In this document: piece after piece, positions 1 to 12,519 of the stretch
Layout of the letters: each line of letters begins with the position of its first letter
Numbering within the stretch: position 1 is the first letter of the stretch
Source of the DNA: Amoebophrya sp. A120
Taxonomy: Eukaryota > Protista > Dinoflagellata
Direction: 5' to 3'
NCBI GenBank assembly: GCA_905178155.1
Contig: CAJINV010000012.1
Location: 2,333,407-2,397,406 of the forward strand
Length of the DNA: 64,000 nucleotides
The notes under the pieces: generated by a model
What the model saw: the letters and a program-made list of their open reading frames with translations, nothing else
Databases searched by the model: none
What the model was told of the DNA's origin: nothing
Position numbers and translations under genes: made by a program

Positions 1-318
1 GCGGCGGCCGCGGGTCGGGCGGGCCGGCAGGCGGCAGGGACCGGCCGCGGGCCAGGCGGGGGCGCCACGACCCGATGGGGGCCCGTTCCCGATGGGCCCC
101 TGGTTTAACGTTTGGATGGGGCTGGGCGCCGAAGCGCGGTTGGACGACACCGACGGCACTTTTTGACTTAGCGTGTGGACGAAAATCTTGGCGCGCAGTT
201 TTTTATTTTTCGAACGAACGACAGCGCGCGGTTTTTCTAGCTAGCCGCACGAATTCCGCGGCCTTCAGTCTGTAACTTTTTGCTTTAACTATACTGGCCA
301 GGGGCCGGACTGCTTTCC

Positions 319-3300
319 CTAGTATTTATCGAGACCATTTCTGCTTCCGTGTAGGCGTGTCGTGCTGCTGTAAACTCCGTAAAAATCATACAAAGAATGT
401 TGATGCTGTGCATCCGATAAGATTCCACCTCCGCCCCAACTCCTCGCCGAAGATGAAGTAGAAGGGCGCCAAGGTTTTGCTCTTCTTCGTGGTAAAAGGG
501 TTTCTTTCTGCTCGTCGTCCCCAACATGCTGTGTCAACGCGTAAACCGAGGCTTGCGTATTTGATGTCGTGTGGTTTTCTTGATTTATTTGCAAGTCGTT
601 TGAAGATGCTGGCCGTGGTGGCCCTCGCCCTTTATCGACGCTATTGCGGTTAGTAGCCATTTTTCTGGTTTTTTGTGTCTGTTGTTCCAGGCGAGGAGCA
701 AGGTCATCAAGGATGTCGAGACCGCTCCTGGGAAGGAGATGAGAAAAGTCACGGTAATTTGTAGGACTGGTCGTGCTACAGGTACTTGTCGTTGTTGTCG
801 AGGTTGTTGTCGAGGTCGTCGTCGTCGTCCCGGGTGCTCTCGAGATTTTTCGCGGCGGTGCCTTCCTTTCACTGGCCCTGGAGAAATCCAATTTCCTCCT
901 CCGTTTCCGTTCCAATCCGTACACGCTTTGATCTTTATCTCGTGTGGCAGTTCTTACAACTTTGTGTTTGTGAGCTGATCCAGCACCACGAAAGTTTCTT
1001 GTGTTGAAGAAATTTGTGTTCGAAGATGAAAATTGTGTAGTTGCCAGAGATGAAGATAAGCGCTCGAAGTATGAAGACTTTTCGTCCCTTCTTGGTGAAG
1101 AAGACGTTTTATAGCCCGCCCCGGCGTCATGATCAACTCTGTTCAAGTTCAAACTGTTGCGAAAAGGAAGTCCTCGTTCTTGCATCGTGTCGTCTGTGTA
1201 GTCGTAGCCGTCGGCGTACCACCGGTTCATCCTGTAGCCACCGTAATAGCTCTTGAAGTCGCCGTCAAAGACAAAGTCCTCGAAGGAGTCCTCATCTCTA
1301 CTATGCCCTGCCGTTCCACCAGTTGCCAGCCCCGCGAATGGTGAAAATAAACCACGATTGAAGAAATAGTCGTCAGGACCACGACCTGCATCTTCTTCAT
1401 GGTTCCAATAGTTCCAGCGATGACCATTTCCAGAAGTCCTTCCCGCGCCACTGCGACGCCCGCCCCCAGCACCACGACGGTCCAGAAGATACCGGCTGGG
1501 ACACTTCTCTTCCAACGTCTGCAAATTCCATCTAGCGATCCGGGGCGAGAAAAACCAGAAAGGTAGTCGGAGGATGTCGCTGGGAAATCTTTTTTGCCAC
1601 TCGTTGACCAACCGATCTAACCGGCGGGGGCCGGTGAGGGTGACGGGATCGTGGTAGAAATCTGGTTCTTCGTCTTCGTCTCCATCAGACGATGACTTTT
1701 CGACATCACCACGACGAGAAGAAGCAGTTGCAAAAATCTTCTCCGCGTTCTTACCGCTAAGTTCTTCGTCGTGGTCACTAGCGTCTTCATCCTCGGCTCC
1801 TCCTGCACCATCAAATAGCTCCAAATGCTCCTCAAACATCCGCTCCAAGGCAAACCACCAGAATGGGTGCTTCTCTTCAATTGAAATCAGTACTGCGTTG
1901 GACAGTATCGGCGTTTTTCTGTGCTCCAGCAGCACCGCGTGCGAGTTGTGTTCGTCGCCAAGGATGATGCCCGGCGGAGATGAAAACTGAAGACGCAATT
2001 TGTCATGCTGTTTGGCCGACGGAACTTCTGTCTCATACTGCCTGTCCTCCTTCACCTGCTCGCCGACCACATCGTCCCCAATAAAGCTGCCGCGAAGTTG
2101 TACACCCTTGCCGTTCTCCTGCCGCAACACCAATAATCCCCGCAACAAGTCTTCCAGCTTGGCAAAATTCACCAGTTCCACATCCAAATCGAGGTAAATG
2201 CCCCCGAAACAGTACAGAAGCAAGATTCGCGCAAAATCGGTTCTCGCCACCGTGGACAGGTTTTTGTTTTTCCACACTTTGTAATACCACAACTTCGGCA
2301 GGTTTTGCCTCGCTAATTGGTCCGTGTCTTCGTCAGTGTGGAGGAAGTGTTGGAAGGCGATAGTGGTCCTCCTCGAAGGTGATGAAGGAGCGGCCTGGTT
2401 CTTTCCGGCATTATACCAGCTTTTCATGAACTCCGCGAATTTCCGTGGAATTTCCTCCTTTGACCTCCAAGTCTGGTGGATTTTCACTGTATGTATTCCA
2501 GGCTGCATGATTTTTTCTTGCGGAGTAGATGTCCTCGATGCGGATGGAACAACATCCGAAGAGGATCGATCTGTCCCGCTGTTTTTATCACTTTCAGTTA
2601 TCCTTATCCGCTCGTACGTTTCCTCGTAAATGGCCTGGTTTAAGGTCGCGTTAAAACATTCAGGATCATTATCTCCATCGGTACTAGAATCCTCGAGCTG
2701 TTTATGCTTTGCTTTTTCGGCGCCGTGGTCTCCTGTATTAAAACTGGAACGAGATGAAAAGGCCGAAGAGGTGGATGTCGTAGGTGTAGCTGAAGTTGTC
2801 AGTACTTTGAAAGAACCCGGAGAGGTAGTCGGCGCAGGACCACCACCACCAGCAGCTGCGCGGCACAACTTCCCCCCTTTCGCCCGCGCCTTCGCAACGA
2901 GGGATCTGCTAGAGACTTTATTTTTCGATGATGAGAATAAAGCCGACGTCGAGGGCTTTAGGTTTAATATTTTCGCATCCTTCTGCTTCTCAACAACAGG
3001 CTGCTCCTTTGGAGAAAGTGTTCCAACTTTCGATTTCTTTTCGGGAGCGACATCTTGAAGTGGCTCGTAGAACATCAATCCAGTGTCGGGCTGCCAAGAC
3101 GAGGAGACGAACGCATCATAATTTTTGTCGGATGAAACAACCCTCCTCTCGAGGCTGTTTGAGAACATAAGGCCTTCCGTCGCAGGTTCACTCCGATGGA
3201 TATTTCCCGCGCCATTCATCGCCACAACCTTGCTGTGGTCGTGAAGATCACTGGCGCGCTCGTCCTCGCGCTGGTGGGAGGGGGCCCTTTTCAACATCTT

Positions 3301-4284
3301 CGCTGCCGGAAGCACGTCACTGGTACTACTAGCGTTCTTCGAGGGGAGGGCCTTTTGTGGAATGATATCCAGGTCTGGTCGTCTCATCTGCGGATCATTA
3401 GGTTCGTTCATTGCCATTGCCACCTCTCGCTCGTGTTGCTCTAGAAGTCCTGAACTGCTCAAAGCCAAATCGAGCTTCACCTTCCGAGCCATTCGCAACA
3501 CAATCTCCTCGATGGTAGCGTTGTCGAGACGCAAAGTAGTTGGAGTGGGGGTAGCTTGTTGGTGCTTTTCCAGCCGGTCAACGTCAACCTTCGTTAGGGT
3601 GGTTCTAGTGCTGCGTTGTGGCGATTCTACTTGATGGAAGTAGGGTCCTGCTGCACTACTATGAAATAAATCGACGTCGCTGACGGCATCATGAGCAACA
3701 TCCGCCCGCCGCAACGGCAACTTCTCTTGGTAAAAAATTATCGGCGCAAGTTCGTGATACACAAGCAGCGACAGAATTACGACCTGCTGCAACAAGACCA
3801 CGATACCGAATAGAAATAGGAGGAAGCGGAGATTTTTGTCACCACCCACAGAAATAAACCTCGCCTCCTCATTTATTCCATCAGGACGAGCGAACAACGT
3901 GTGGTCCGGATGCTGGCTACCACCCGACAGAAAGGAGCCGCGCTCCGCCGCATTTTCTCGTCTTCCTGACTGTTTTCTCGTCTTCCACCTCGTCCTGGTG
4001 CTGTCGTGCTCTTTTTCATCATCTTCTACCGGCTCATCAACATCTTCTCCTGCTGCTTCAGACACTCTTGCAAGAAGAAGAACCTCAGGCGCTTGTGAAG
4101 AACTGCGGCACGACTCGATGAATTTTTCCTCGTCTGGCTCCTGCTCGACGTACTCGCGCTCGCCTCCGGTCGAAGAGTAAACAGGCGAGGGTGGCGGGGG
4201 GTGCTGGTCGTGGTCCTCGTCAACAACACCTCCCCGAACAGAGCCATTCTTGCGATGATTATGTTCTGGCTCCCCTTTACGCAT
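319..4284 (-). CDS. Glycosyltransferase family 32 (DXD, OCH1/SUR1-like) type II membrane protein, 1321 aa, apparently intronless
   Basis: Uninterrupted ORF with hydrophobic TM segment (FLLFLFGIVVLLQQVVILSLLVY), IHQTW, ARTDFARILLLYCFGGIYLDLDV (DXD), SNAVLIS...HPFW and TGP motifs typical of GT32. Confidence 0.8.
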   Translation of the reverse strand: MRKGEPEHNHRKNGSVRGGVVDEDHDQHPPPPSPVYSSTGGEREYVEQEPDEEKFIESCRSSSQAPEVLLLARVSEAAGEDVDEPVEDDEKEHDSTRTRWKTRKQSGRRENAAERGSFLSGGSQHPDHTLFARPDGINEEARFISVGGDKNLRFLLFLFGIVVLLQQVVILSLLVYHELAPIIFYQEKLPLRRADVAHDAVSDVDLFHSSAAGPYFHQVESPQRSTRTTLTKVDVDRLEKHQQATPTPTTLRLDNATIEEIVLRMARKVKLDLALSSSGLLEQHEREVAMAMNEPNDPQMRRPDLDIIPQKALPSKNASSTSDVLPAAKMLKRAPSHQREDERASDLHDHSKVVAMNGAGNIHRSEPATEGLMFSNSLERRVVSSDKNYDAFVSSSWQPDTGLMFYEPLQDVAPEKKSKVGTLSPKEQPVVEKQKDAKILNLKPSTSALFSSSKNKVSSRSLVAKARAKGGKLCRAAAGGGGPAPTTSPGSFKVLTTSATPTTSTSSAFSSRSSFNTGDHGAEKAKHKQLEDSSTDGDNDPECFNATLNQAIYEETYERIRITESDKNSGTDRSSSDVVPSASRTSTPQEKIMQPGIHTVKIHQTWRSKEEIPRKFAEFMKSWYNAGKNQAAPSSPSRRTTIAFQHFLHTDEDTDQLARQNLPKLWYYKVWKNKNLSTVARTDFARILLLYCFGGIYLDLDVELVNFAKLEDLLRGLLVLRQENGKGVQLRGSFIGDDVVGEQVKEDRQYETEVPSAKQHDKLRLQFSSPPGIILGDEHNSHAVLLEHRKTPILSNAVLISIEEKHPFWWFALERMFEEHLELFDGAGGAEDEDASDHDEELSGKNAEKIFATASSRRGDVEKSSSDGDEDEEPDFYHDPVTLTGPRRLDRLVNEWQKRFPSDILRLPFWFFSPRIARWNLQTLEEKCPSRYLLDRRGAGGGRRSGAGRTSGNGHRWNYWNHEEDAGRGPDDYFFNRGLFSPFAGLATGGTAGHSRDEDSFEDFVFDGDFKSYYGGYRMNRWYADGYDYTDDTMQERGLPFRNSLNLNRVDHDAGAGYKTSSSPRRDEKSSYFERLSSSLATTQFSSSNTNFFNTRNFRGAGSAHKHKVVRTATRDKDQSVYGLERKRRRKLDFSRASERKAPPRKISRAPGTTTTTSTTTSTTTTSTCSTTSPTNYRDFSHLLPRSGLDILDDLAPRLEQQTQKTRKMATNRNSVDKGRGPPRPASSNDLQINQENHTTSNTQASVYALTQHVGDDEQKETLLPRRRAKPWRPSTSSSARSWGGGGILSDAQHQHSLYDFYGVYSSTTRLHGSRNGLDKY

Positions 4285-5825
4285 AATTATTTTGCGATGA
4301 AGAAAATATAAGAAAATTCGACGAACACGGAAAAGCTGTAAAAGGAGAAGAACTACTTCCGCATCTTAGAAAAAAAAATGGGAGAAGTCGAAGCGTCGGC
4401 GTCGCTTCATGATTTTCAAGTACACAGGAGCAGGAACATGATCTTTCTATATCTACTTTATCACGAGAACTGAACATGAAAGTGTTGCTGCTTGTGTTGC
4501 TACTGCCCCTCGTCGATGCTAGTTCCTCGGCGATTTCTGCGACAGCGACCGAAAAGCGTTACTAAAGTAGGATACACAGGAAATATAATTGACTCCTGTT
4601 GCGCAAAATCAAGAAGTAGAAGAGCGTAGAAATCTGGTGCAATAGCACACGAGAAATAATGTCTTCGATGACTACAGCGTACAGCCGAAGTTTGTGTCAA
4701 ATGCTGAAAGTTTAGAAAGCCTCTGTGTCAGTCATGACGAGAGAGTGATGTGTTTAAATTAGAAATGTTCTTTCGTCATGGAAGTGGGAGTACGCAACAC
4801 ATGTCGGTGGAGTTCAGGATAGATAAATGCGCGGTAAAAAAGAAAACCGAAGGTGACAAGTTGTACTACATTCATACACGACACGATTGCCTTTGTAAAT
4901 TTCACCGACCCATGATCGCTCCTTTGACCATTTTCATCTCCATTGTTCGCTTTCCTTGTCTCCTGCGAAAAATGAGTCCAATTTGGTGCATATGAAACGA
5001 CCTGACAGAGGTTTTCTTGGGCTACTGGAACACTTTCTGCACTTCTTACCTGCTCCTTCACGAGCCAAACTATCTTCCCAGTTCCGAGGGCCAACAGTTA
5101 AAACAGATGGCACTAGCAAGCTGGCTTCCTTTGCTATTGCAGTTTTTGTGTGCAGTACGAACTTGTTCGTAAAAAAGTTTTTACCTCTGCTCATGATCGT
5201 GCAGCAACACCGACCACGAGGACAGAGCTGCTACTTAGTCCACAACGAGTTCCTTCTTAAAGAAGGAACCTTGATTTTCATCTTCTCAAATTGAGAAGAT
5301 GAGTCGTGGTGCTCTAGCAGTTGTAGTTGTTTAGAAGTTGTTTCACTTTCATCCCGTTGGAGGTGGAACTTAACTACTACTAGGTCTAGGACAAGCACCG
5401 AAGTAGAAATAAAAGTCATGAGTACAATATTGATATTGCGGAAGTAGATCATGATCATGGGTCCTGCTCCAAACTTTGAACCTACAAAACCACGACTCCC
5501 GACGTTTTCCTCTACTTCATACATGGAGCGTATGGATCTCATCACCTCACCAGAGAATCATTTTTAATAGAATGCATGCCTTGGAGGATGTTCTTGTTGA
5601 TAGAGAAACTCTATTCACTTGTCAAGCACTCCTACGTGCCACTATAGGCTTCGATTTGCTCAACTCCTGTGCGACGACGTAAGAAGCCGTGTAGTCAAAA
5701 GTCCTCGACCCTTTCTTCAGTTGGCATAGATCAGTCTACGCCTGATTCTGGCGTGGTGATATTCTTATAAATTTATTTCATCTTTTCTACTTTTTAATTT
5801 CAGTACATACTAGCAGCCCACTCCA

Positions 5826-5945
5826 GTGGCTACTACTTTGCTGTACTACCTTGTTGTAAACACTACTTTGCTGTAAACACTGCTTTGTTGTAAGCACTAC
5901 TTTGTTGTAAACATCGTACAATACTTGGCTACTACTTTGTTGTAA
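5826..5945. repeat. Short imperfect tandem repeat, unit ~CTACTTTGYTGTAA
   Basis: About 6 degenerate copies of ctactttg(c/t)tgtaa in intergenic DNA. Confidence 0.6.
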
Positions 5946-6745
5946 GTAAATATTCGGACCCGCAGGAGGACCAGTTCATCCCGCGCATACGGGTTTGTGT
6001 TCGTCCATTTGCTCGCTTAGCAATACGCACAGGAAGATCACTGTGATACGCCACGCAACCAAAATTTTTCATCTCCTCGTCCTCCCGCAACCAAAATTTT
6101 TAGAAAATAACAGGCAATTATCTGGCATCCCACAAAGTAGGATAAAGACTTGCTGAACAAAAGAATGAAAATCATACAGAAATAAATAAAAACTATAGCG
6201 ATGAATCGATTCGGGCGCGCATTGTACAAACCTAGGGGTGGAGAAAAATACTTTCGAAACGCCAACGCGTGAAGAAGAAGATGATGTTGCCCCTCATAAC
6301 TGAGTCTGAGCTCAAGTTCTTTTAGAAAACTTCTTTTTGTAGTGCATGATCGGAAAAAATATAGTACTAAGGGTAGGTGTCATTTGACTCCTGGCGGGCT
6401 GCTTGTACGGATGCTGCTGTGCTGGAGAAAAATGAAGACGTGAAGCAAGGCCACGTTGAAAATTTGTATGTGGTAGTGCGTATATAGAACTTCTTCTTTT
6501 TTGCCGTCCCGGCGAAAGGCGCTTGACTTTGGATACTTCTGTGGAAAAAAGCTTCATAAAACAAAGTTTGCACACCCAGTGAAAAAAGGCCGGTTTTGGC
6601 AGTTTGATGTCAACAATTATGCTTGTAGACAGATCGAAATCTTCCGCCACGACTTTCAGCAGCTTTGCTACTTCTGGTCTGGTAGCTCCAATTGATCAAG
6701 CCTGCTTCCCCCCGTTATTTACAACTCAAGATCTTCTTCGCACCG

Positions 6746-7744
6746 CTAGTAATCGCCCTTGTGCCGCCTGCGCACGGTGACGGCCGCCTGGCCCGGGGCA
6801 TGCAACACAAAATGCGAACCCTTCACAGTCCAGTGCGGCGCTTTTTCTCTCACCATCGTCGCTGAAGAGGCAGCAGTGTGCGGTCCTTCACCATGTGTGG
6901 TAGTTGCTCCTGCAGCCTGACTGAGAGTCCGGCTGGTCTTCCGCAGTTCCTTGACAATCTTCCAATTTTTCTTGACCCGGTCCACAATGCGCTGCACGAC
7001 GGTCTGTTTCGCTGTGTCAAGCCGCTTTCTCTGCTCTTCCCGGTCCGCCTGGGCTTTCTTTTCCGCGGCCTGTCTTCGCTCCTCCCGCTTCTGCGCAAAC
7101 TTGTTTTTCTTTTGGTCAGAAGGCGGCGCGTCAGGATGTCGCGCCGACGCTTCCGGCCGGATCTCGTTCGCCTGCTTGTTCCACTTTTGTTGCCATTCGA
7201 GCAGCTTTTGTTCCAACTTTGTCCTTTCGTCGTTGAAAACTTCTTTAAGTTTCGGCGACACTGTTTCGCCACTGAAATTGTCAATCATCTGTTCAACATG
7301 GGCAGATGCAGCTTTGGCGCGCAAGGTGAAGGAAGATTCGGCAATTTGCTCTTCGCTCCGCCTGCTCAACATCTGGTGCGCAGGCTGGCCTAACTCGTCT
7401 TCACGAAACTGCGCCACGGCACTGGCTGGTGCAGCTGGTGCTGAGGATGGCCCGGACGGAAGTTCTTGTTCTCGCAGGAGCTCTTTGCTTTTTCTCGCTT
7501 CCTCTTCAAGCGCCGAGTTCGCAGCGGCCAACTCTGCCTCTTCAATCCCCATGGCTTCCATCAACTCCTGCCGGACATGCGCGCGCGCCTGCTCTTCACT
7601 CGAAAAGGGAAAATACTCCAGGCTCGCCTGCTGTTCTTCTCGCCCATAGCTGGCGTCTTCTTGCTGCGCTCTCAATAGATTCGCCTGAATCACTTCCTCA
7701 CACTCGTCTTCTGGAAGGGGCATGGAAATCGGGCGGCTGTGCAA
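6746..7744 (-). CDS. Hypothetical coiled-coil protein (true start probably in an upstream exon)
   Basis: 332-codon ORF rich in E/Q/K/R/A; begins at TTG rather than ATG. Confidence 0.55.
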   Translation of the reverse strand: MHSRPISMPLPEDECEEVIQANLLRAQQEDASYGREEQQASLEYFPFSSEEQARAHVRQELMEAMGIEEAELAAANSALEEEARKSKELLREQELPSGPSSAPAAPASAVAQFREDELGQPAHQMLSRRSEEQIAESSFTLRAKAASAHVEQMIDNFSGETVSPKLKEVFNDERTKLEQKLLEWQQKWNKQANEIRPEASARHPDAPPSDQKKNKFAQKREERRQAAEKKAQADREEQRKRLDTAKQTVVQRIVDRVKKNWKIVKELRKTSRTLSQAAGATTTHGEGPHTAASSATMVREKAPHWTVKGSHFVLHAPGQAAVTVRRRHKGDY

Positions 7745-8092
7745 CGGAAAAAAAATATATCGAAGATTTTCATCGTTCGCTGGGTCTGTGTCTGCGAGGA
7801 GAAAGAAAGTGCTTATGTTAATGTTGACGAGTATGCAGCATGTGCATGTCGACGCTCTGTGACACAGCTTTCGCAGCTGTTCTAGTTGTCCAGCACGATT
7901 CTGTGAAGCTGCGCTGCTTGTTGCAACGCAACTGTTGAAACTTATTTACGTACACAAATACAACAAACTGACAACTTCATCTCATCAAGGAGTATTGTTA
8001 GAACCATCTTCATCTTCATGTGCGGATGTTCATTTTTTTCTATACTTGCTGCAGCCCCAGAGAAAGTAGATTGCGAATCCAAATTCGATATA

Positions 8093-11000
8093 TCAAGTTT
8101 GCAGTTGATAAAGGGCGACGGTCAACGCCGTTTGGTTTTTTGCCACAGCGTCGCTCAGTGCCTTGTTGTTGTCGAGAATTCGCTGAAACACGGAGTGATC
8201 CTCTGGTGAAGAGAGCGTGATGAGCTCTCCGGGAATCTGGAAGCTGTCGGATAAGCCGCCGGTGAAGCTGACCACCAAAATGTAGGAACTTATACTACCG
8301 GGTCCGGGGCAAGGGGGCCAGCGTGTTCTATCTTTCACATCTAGGAATTTCCTCTCGAAGGCTTGATAGCTGCTCGTGTTCTTCAAGTTTTCCGCCTGTG
8401 CAGGCCCGAGCACGAACTGGCCAAGGACTTTCATCGCGCCCAGACTGCGGCTCTCCTCCTCTCCCAACGACGCCGGTTTTTTGTTTCTCTCCCACACCGC
8501 AAACGCCTCCCATGGGTGGATCAAGTGTAGCATCACAGCCCGCTGCTCCAGGGTCTGGCCATTCTGAAAATATATCTGCCGGTGCACGTGATTCTGGGCG
8601 GCCAGCGCGGAGGACTCTTCGTCGTTGGTTTTCGAAGGCCCCCTCGTTTGGAGATGAGTCCCAGCAACTTGTAGTTGTGGTACAGCAGGAGTGCCTGCTC
8701 GGTGAACTTCTTGTTTTGCGGTCCTCTTCGACACAGTCAAACAAGCATTAGGCGCCTCAAAAAATGAGAATGGGAAGCTGTAACTCCGACTATACTCGTC
8801 ATCTCGAGTATGCATGAGCTGCACAGGTAGGAAAACAACGGTGGCGCTGTCTGCAACTGTGGCTCCGGCTGCGCCCCCCTCGTCCCGGCGCACATCACAG
8901 GAGGCACAGGGAGTTGCTGCAGCTCCCTCTAAAAATCTGTCTTGCACGACATAAATCCGAACATTAGCATCGACGTCGACCACTGTATCGCGAGTCTTCG
9001 TCTGAAACTGGTCCAAGCGGAAAAGTTGGGGCTTTCGCCACAGCAGGCGCTTCCCGATTTGCATGTTGCCGCGCAAATCTGTTACTTCCTTCCGCAACAC
9101 CGGTCGCGCGAGCAGAAACAGTAACGTTTGCACGGCTTGAAGCAAAGGCCGGGTCTCGGCGTCTACTTGTGGGTTTCCCTTCCCCGCCCACGTGAAGAAG
9201 ACAGTGGTCTATCCTGTGCAAAAGTATCGCACTCGTATAATTGCAGTCATGCATTTTTTCCTGGACGTAAATCCGCATTACAAATTTTATCTCTCATGCT
9301 GAGGAAATTTGTCATGCATTTATACGAATACGATACTTTTGCAGTTCATATGGTCGCCTGCATTGCGATTTGAAGCAGCACTTCTTGGTGGACGCTGTAC
9401 TTGTGCTCGTCGGATATACCGTCCTCGTCGCTCTGCGGTTTTTCCGTTTGCGGACCCTGAGTTTGTTCGTTCGCTCTGCGCTTTGTTCGTTCGCTCTGCT
9501 TTGCGGTTTGTTCGTTCGTTTGCTTTGCGGGCCCTGGGTTTGTTCGTTCGCTCTGCGGTTTGTTGTTCGTTTGCTCTGCGGTTTGTTGTTCGGTTGCTGG
9601 TCTAGTCACGTTCCAGTAGGTCAGGGTTTCCACAACTATTTGGACAAACTCCTCCTCATCGGCCGTAAAAATCCCGCCTTTCTTGTCGGCCTTCACCCAA
9701 TCCTTCATCCAGATCGCAACCAGCTCGTAGATTTTGCGCTCCTGCTGTTTGCTTGTTTTTGTGTTCTCGTCCGCACGGACGAACTGCTCAGGCTTAGGTA
9801 GCTTGTCATGTGCGTTGTACAAGTTTCTGCGGGATTTTATGGCTGGTCCGTACGTGTTTTGGTCCTTATTTTGAAAGAAACCCGCGAAATTTTTCGACAC
9901 TTGATACAGCCGGCGAATCCAGGTGTCTGTTCCGATCAACTTGTAAAATTCCTTCTCGTCGCTGAGTTTCTTCGCATTTAGGGTCGTCTTAGCCTCCTGC
10001 CTCAACCTCTGCCGCGGGCTTGGAAAAAAGCTTTTTCCCGGCGCCCTCGGGTAGTCGTTGTCATAGTCCTCGGTGTCATCTGCAGATCCCTCACTGCTGC
10101 CACAGCTGCGGGCGAGCGTCTGGTGGCTCCTCGTCGCGATGTTCTGCACGGCCAGGGCGAGCTCGGATGATGGTTCAACACCTTGATTCGGCGGAACAGT
10201 ATCTAAGTGCGTAGCAGGCGCTGCTAGTGCTTGCGATATTCCTGCTCTTGCGGGTCGTCCGGGACTCGGACTCTTGCTCCTGCTGCGACTGTTGGAGGAA
10301 CGAGGAGAGTGACCACTACGACTACCGGCTGCTGCACGACAACTTCCGCGTCGCATACGGCCCTCCGGGGATGAAGATGAGAAAGAACGACTACGACCCC
10401 TTCTGCCCTTGCTAGTGCTTCTTGCAGTGGGCGAGGACGTGGTCCTTCTGCCCTTGCTAGTGCTTCTTGCAGTGGGCGAGGACGTGGTCCTTCTGCCCTT
10501 GCTAGTGCTTCTTGCAGTGGGCGAGGACGTGGTGGTGCCAGAGCCAGGTGGGGCAACTACATGCTCGTTGAACGAGGATCCCGGACGCAGCTGTAGTTCT
10601 GCGACTTCTTCGTGCCTCGACGTCCGTGCCGGCCCTGACGCTTTCGTGGGGCCCGCGGCCGCGGTGTCAGTCGTGCCCGATGGTGGTTTCGACGACAGAC
10701 TAGTTTTAGTTGTACTCCACGCGGTACTAGAGCCTCCCGCGCTGCCCCCTGCAGCATTATTGCCCGGCGGCGGAGCCGCCCCCGCGGCCAATGGTGCCGT
10801 TACAGCAGTACTCGTCCTGCGACGGGCAGAAGGGGAAGGTTTCGGTTTGTCCGGGAATGAAGATGAGGTAGAACCACGACCACCCCTACTGCCCCTACTC
10901 GTGCTTCTTGCCGTGGGCGAGGACGTGGCGGTGCCAGGTCGTGGCGGATTCTCCGTGGACGACGCGGCGTTTGTTCCAGGATCATAGTCCGGGCCTCCTG

Positions 11001-12519
11001 ACGAGGGGAGCAGGTGACGCATTTTGACTTTCCACGCCTCCAAACCTTCGGGCGTCAGTAAATTGCCCGCTTCCATGTAGTGGTATCGCGGGACGACGAC
11101 CTTTTTATTATCGTCTTCAAGATCATACTCGGCATTTGGATTTGCGGCTTCTTCTAGAAATTTGCGCAACTGCTCTTCCTCAGCGGCGGTCAGAGGTGAG
11201 CCAGGTTTCTCATGAATACTAGTAAACTCATGACGGAGACCGGGCGGCTTTTCTATTTCGCACCACGACGACCTCGTATGACTAGGATCTGCCGCGGCGT
11301 CGTCCGTCGTGCTCGAGCGTTGTCCCGGAGCGGGAAGACTACTGTTAATACTACCCGAAGCGGTACTAGAACTAGAGCCTCCGGCGCAGCTACCCGCAGG
11401 ATTGATATTGCCCGGCGGCGGAGCAGCCGCTCCCGCGGCCCCTGGTGCGGTAACAGCAGTACTCGTCCCGCGATGGGAACAAGGTTTGTTTAGAAATCCA
11501 CGTGCAAAGCCAGGGACCTCCGGGAATGAAGATGAGGTAGAACCACGACGACCCCTGCTGCCCTTACTCGTGCTTCTTGCAGTGGGCGACGTGGCGGTGC
11601 CAGTTCGTGGGGCAACATGCTTCTTTGTTCCAGGATCGTCGTCTGATCGGGTGGGTGTACTGGGGACAGGCCCAGTTGCAAAATGAAATTGTTCAGGAAT
11701 AGTGTTAGTGGGTGGGAGAGGGTTAGCCACAAACTGTTTCAGCACCCGTTCCCAGTCCTCCTCGCCACGAGAACGACGACCTTCAGGTTGTTGTTGTACT
11801 TGTGCCTTCAGCCAGTCCTTGTGGTCTGTCTCCGATCCGCGTGGTTCGGAGGCGGCAAGACTAGTTCTACTATCCGAAGCGGCACTAGAGCCTCCGGCGC
11901 AGGAGCTTCTACCCGCAGGATCAATATTGCCCGGCGGAGCCCCAGGAGCCCCCGTCCCTGGTTGTAAGGTAACAGCAGTACTTGTACTTGCGCGACGGGA
12001 AGCAGTTTTCGGTTCCTTTAGTAGAAATCCACGCGCAAGCCCGGTCTTTTGTCCTTCTGGTCGTGCGGCCTGGGCGAAGAGCAACAGTCCAAGTCCTCCT
12101 GCTCCTCCGTCTGCGCCCCGAGTCACCTGAAGATGGTGATCTTCACGCAGAAGTTGTCCCAAGAACACGTCAGACAAACTTCTGAAGTTGCCTACTTCCC
12201 GTTCCCGCACGAGGACCAGGAGGCTGCTCAGCAAAAGCAGGAGTGCAGGAGAAAGTAGAGCGGAATAAGAACAACCCAGGCCCGTCTTCATGTTGCGGGA
12301 CCCCGACCACGAGGGCGACAGCCGCGCTGCATTTTTGTTTTTGGTGGTGACAACTTGCCGGGGTTCTACTTGTTGTACTTGCTCACGAACTGCTGACGCT
12401 GGCGAGACGACCACGACGCGATTAGTAATTCCGCCGTTGCCGATCATGCTGTCTTGATGAGGCCCACACGAGGGCGAGGACGAGACACGGACGGCGCGCG
12501 ACATGTTCTTGCCTGGCAT
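8093..12519 (-). CDS. Hypothetical low-complexity membrane/secreted protein, 2 exons, ~1426 aa
   Basis: ORF 9346-12519 joins ORF 8093-9145 in frame (..QAT|TVFFTW..RPLLQAVQ) when 9210-9350 plus one TGGTC is removed; hydrophobic stretch near N-terminus; internal repeats. Confidence 0.7.
9210..9350. mobile_element. Introner family A
   Basis: TATCCTGTGCAAAAGTATCG...CGATACTTTTGCAGTTCATA; DR TGGTC. Confidence 0.9.
9440..9595. repeat. Coding minisatellite (TTTGTTCGTTCGCTCTGCG-like)
   Basis: Degenerate tandem copies encoding EQT/SERTN repeats. Confidence 0.6.
10399..10535. repeat. 45-bp coding tandem repeat x3 (TTSSPTARSTSKGRR)
   Basis: Three near-identical copies of cttctgcccttgctagtgcttcttgcagtgggcgaggacgtggtc. 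Confidence 0.85.
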
